From: Candidatus Bathyarchaeia archaeon
Lineage (GTDB): Archaea; Thermoproteota; Bathyarchaeia; TCS64
Assembly: GCA_050014495.1 (NCBI GenBank)
Contig: JBEKDF010000070.1
Coordinates: 1 to 11,371, forward strand
DNA: 11,371 bases
Direction: 5' to 3'
Shown in pieces: positions 8,664 to 11,371 of this stretch. The notes under the pieces are model-generated. The model saw nothing but the letters and a program-made list of their open reading frames with translations. It did not search any database and was not told the origin of the DNA. The translations under genes were made by a program, and so were the position numbers. How positions within the stretch are numbered: the stretch's first letter is position 1; every line of letters begins with the position of its first letter.

Positions 8664-9320
8664 ATGATGTTACACTTTCAGGAAAAACTTGAGGAAGCAA
8701 GATATTTCCTTCAAAAACTTGAAGAAACTCCTCAATATAATGTGCATGATAGAGAGTTTATGTATCTTCTCAGCGCTTTTCTTACTTCTTGGCGAAGTGT
8801 AACTGATTTGATATTATACGATTATGCGGAAATATTTAGTCTCGGTCTTTCTAGAGAAGATGATATAAGTCTTCATGATTTTGGACTAATAGCACGAGTT
8901 ACAAATAACTCTCAAGCACAGCGATTTCTTACGTGGTTTAATCAACAAGTAGGGATTCTATCAAACAATCCTCTCTGGAGGAAGCGTAACATAATAGTTC
9001 ATAGAGGTTATCCCCCTACAATGCGAGTATATTCATTGTATCTATCAGGATCAATAGCATTATCAGCATCAGTAGCATTATCAGCTTCGTTAACTGTAAA
9101 TCAACCCGCAGGTTCCGGTGGCTCATCAGGAATACAGCAACCTATCAGCGCTCAATCTGTCCCGACGACAAACGTTCCAGTAGTAAACTCACCTGCAAGC
9201 GCAGTCCCTCAAATCAGGTTTGTTGATCTACCAGAACAAGGTGTAATTGATAGCTGTAGACAAGCAATTGCTCTGATGCAGGACTTTGTCAATTCAGCGT
9301 TACAACAATTCGGTAGTTAG
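8664..9320 (+). CDS. Hypothetical protein, putative HEPN-like RNase (RxxxxH)
   Basis: AT-rich 218-aa ORF with a helical N-terminus (EKLEEARYFL...LSAFLTSWRSV) and RNIIVH at aa 108-113. The family assignment is inferred from the motif only. Confidence 0.6.
   Translation: MMLHFQEKLEEARYFLQKLEETPQYNVHDREFMYLLSAFLTSWRSVTDLILYDYAEIFSLGLSREDDISLHDFGLIARVTNNSQAQRFLTWFNQQVGILSNNPLWRKRNIIVHRGYPPTMRVYSLYLSGSIALSASVALSASLTVNQPAGSGGSSGIQQPISAQSVPTTNVPVVNSPASAVPQIRFVDLPEQGVIDSCRQAIALMQDFVNSALQQFGS
9051..9086 (+). repeat. In-frame 18-bp tandem duplication (SIALSA/SVALSA)
   Basis: TCAATAGCATTATCAGCA followed by TCAGTAGCATTATCAGCT, 16/18 identical. Confidence 0.8.
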
Positions 9321-9680
9321 AAAAAGTAAGAACGCATGCGCTTGTCTTACGTTATTATATTGACGCCTTCTTTGGCCTTGGAAAATTCACCATTAGGCTA
9401 TAAGCAGTAATTTGAAGCGTTCTAAATTTAACCGAAACCATAATTACCTTTTTCTCTTTATTTCTATTTGGAGAATAGTTTGAGTCATCAATGTTTTCTC
9501 GTCACAGATTCTTTGATGATGACGAGTATAATGAGTGTGAAAATGAGGGTGGATCGCCAGCGATCACACCCTACGACAACACGCTTTTGCGCACGTTTTC
9601 TAGACGTAGGTTGCTAACCCTTTGCCGCAATAATAGATTTGCGCGAGATTATTTAAGATTGAACCACAGCTTATCCTTTA

Positions 9681-10406
9681 ATGACGCTTCCTGATAATGA
9701 CCCGGCGAAATGGCAATACCAAGAACATACGGCAGTGAAGCATCAGATTCTCGATGGCTACTTACATACTTGGATTTCAATATTGGGTGGATCAAACCTA
9801 GAGCTAGGATACATCGACGGGTTCGCGGGAAGAGGGGTCTATCAGGATGGGTCGATAGGCTCCCCTATAATTGCTATGGATACTGGTCAAAATCAAATCA
9901 GTAAGATAAATCGAAAGCCCTATGGAATGAAGAAGTTTCGATGCTTCTTTGTAGAAAAGAATGTGGATAACTATTTTTGCCTAAAAGAGCAGGTTGAAAG
10001 CCGGAAGTCAACTTGTCCAGATGTGATACCTGACATACGAAATGGAGTTTTTGAAGAACACGCCACTGAATTTATTGAAGTATCTAAGAAAATACCTACA
10101 TTGTTTTTCATAGACCCCTTTGGCTGGGAAGTTCCATTTGAGATTATCAAGGGAATATTAGATAACCTCCGTACTGAGATTCTATTCACCTTCATGGTCT
10201 ACGACATCAACAGGTTTCTAGGGAGTACCGCACATCAAGCAAGTCTGAATAAACTCTACGGAAGCTCAGTCTGGAAAGATTGTCTGGATAGTGAAGATAG
10301 AGAAAGTTGCCTAGTAAATCACTATCTAGATTCGATAAGAAAGGCGCGCGCGCGAAACTATTCTGTGAAAAGTTCTTGCCCACAACTAACTCGGCAGACG
10401 GCGTGA
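9681..10406 (+). pseudogene. tcmP: Three-Cys-motif partner protein (TcmP-like, SAM-dependent methyltransferase fold), apparently 3'-truncated at about 10343
   Basis: Motifs HTAVKHQIL..YL..W..ILG, YIDGFAGRG, GSP, FFVEK, LFFIDPFG and EILFTFM. Family-like sequence ends at YLDSIRK, exactly at a (GC)5G tract. The last ~20 codons run into the hydrolase gene and look non-homologous. Confidence 0.75.
10344..10354. repeat. (GC)5G tract at the tcmP/hydrolase junction
   Basis: GCGCGCGCGCG; the sequence is AT-rich to the left and more balanced to the right. Confidence 0.9.
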
Positions 10407-11143
10407 AGATAAGCTATAAAAAAGAAGGTAGATCCGGACAAAACGTTATTCTTATCCACGGCTGGTGCTGCGACGGAACATACTGGAGGAAAACTATCCC
10501 TAACCTCTCACAGGACCACAAAGTCTACATTATAGATTTGGCTGGACACGGCAACTCTGGGACGAACAGGCGAGCTTGGACTATAGACAACTACGGGGAG
10601 GATGTGAAGGCGTTGGCAGATAAAGAGAAACTCAGCGACGTCACCCTCGTCGGACACTCCATGGGAGGAGACGTTGCTCTTGCTGCCGCCCAGCTACTAA
10701 GCGACCGAGTAAAGGGAGTGATCCTCGTAGACACCTACCACAACATCACGATAATGCCCGAGAAGAAAATACAGGAGATGTTGGCGCCTCTAAAGGAAAA
10801 CTTCCACAACAACGCAAAGCTGTTTGTCTATGATATGTTCACGAAGGATGCTGATCCGAAGTTGAAAGAGGATATCGCAGTCGATATGTCAAGTGAGGAT
10901 GCATCGATAGCGATCCCAAGCGTCGAAGCAACAATCAGGTACAACGAGGGTGACGCTTTTGACAAAATGAATGTTCCTGTCAGGTGCATCAACTGCGACA
11001 TGTCTCCATCTGACTACGACTCAGCGAGGGAGCACCTGAGAGACTTCGGCGAGACTACAATGAAAGGCCTTGGCCACTTTCTGATGCTTGAGAACCCTGA
11101 GGAATTTAATGCTATTCTCAGAGATACAATAGCTAGCCTTTAG
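10376..11143 (+). CDS. Alpha/beta-fold hydrolase
   Basis: Oxyanion HGW, IDLAGHG.S, nucleophile elbow GHSMGG and catalytic His in GHFLMLE.P. Start reassigned to the in-frame TTG at 10376 (MPTTNSADGVKISY, with GTGA upstream), because the track's start at 10307 lies inside tcmP. Confidence 0.9.
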   Translation: MPTTNSADGVKISYKKEGRSGQNVILIHGWCCDGTYWRKTIPNLSQDHKVYIIDLAGHGNSGTNRRAWTIDNYGEDVKALADKEKLSDVTLVGHSMGGDVALAAAQLLSDRVKGVILVDTYHNITIMPEKKIQEMLAPLKENFHNNAKLFVYDMFTKDADPKLKEDIAVDMSSEDASIAIPSVEATIRYNEGDAFDKMNVPVRCINCDMSPSDYDSAREHLRDFGETTMKGLGHFLMLENPEEFNAILRDTIASL

Positions 11144-11226
11144 ACCTGCGCGCTCATATAGTAGATCGCCGCCACCGTCACGCTTGCCGCCGTCACCAAT
11201 ACCCCAATCGTCTGCGCATCGACCAT
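11140..11226 (-). pseudogene. 5' fragment of a membrane-anchored hypothetical protein gene, cut at GCGCGC
   Basis: Translates MVDAQTIGVLVTAASVTVAAIYYM-SAQV*, with a GTGA SD-like motif before the ATG. From recall it resembles the N-terminal TM helix of a longer archaeal hypothetical family. It stops just after GCGCGC (11148-11153). Confidence 0.6.
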
Positions 11227-11266
11227 AGAATCACTGAAGAAGAATCAGATGGAAGTGAGGATAAGG

Positions 11267-11371
11267 CTATTCACTCTTGAACAACGATGGGAAAGCCCTC
11301 TCCCAGCTCCCCTTCTCATAGTAAATCATGTTCCCTCTATAGCTAGAATCTACTCTGTACATCATTTTCGC
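11267..11371 (-). CDS. Possible 3' end of a gene entering from the right edge
   Basis: The frame is open from the edge to TAG at 11267: AKMMYRVDSSYRGNMIYYEKGSWERAFPSLFKSE*. No recognisable motif. Confidence 0.35.
   Translation of the reverse strand, partial: AKMMYRVDSSYRGNMIYYEKGSWERAFPSLFKSE

Noticed and set aside
9491..9694. 67-aa plus-strand ORF from the track
   Set aside because: No motif, unusual composition, and it runs over the probable tcmP promoter.
9710..10195. ORFs 9710-9904 (+) and 9971-10195 (-)
   Set aside because: Alternative frames nested in tcmP.
260..11143. Alternative genetic code (TGA = Trp or Gly)
   Set aside because: Only one internal TGA in the window; TGA ends other genes and TGG encodes Trp throughout.

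Overview
This looks like an archaeal accessory region. The basis is TATA-like boxes about 25-35 nt before short or absent leaders, GTGA-type Shine-Dalgarno motifs and archaeal-style receiver proteins; Bathyarchaeia-like is an inference. Gene content from left to right: (1) a partial HExxH ORF missed by the ORF track; (2) a P-type ATPase split by one in-frame TGA; (3) a stand-alone receiver whose phospho-Asp is Asn; (4) a REC-GAF-PAS-like histidine kinase; (5) a small membrane protein plus ABC-2 permease and ABC ATPase; (6) a DUF1801 protein; (7) an AT-rich RxxxxH (HEPN-like) protein; (8) a TcmP-like gene that appears truncated; (9) an alpha/beta hydrolase; (10) a truncated membrane-protein gene. 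Two non-coding patterns stand out. First, a 28-bp direct repeat (GTGGGGCACCAACCCGnTwTTAmTAGTA, 25/28 invariant) occurs three times, 2.6-2.9 kb apart, and brackets self-contained gene modules like a site-specific recombination cassette array. Second, (GC)n tracts sit at gene junctions, including the two apparent truncation points flanking the hydrolase. No recombinase, transposase, tRNA, rRNA or CRISPR array is visible in the window.
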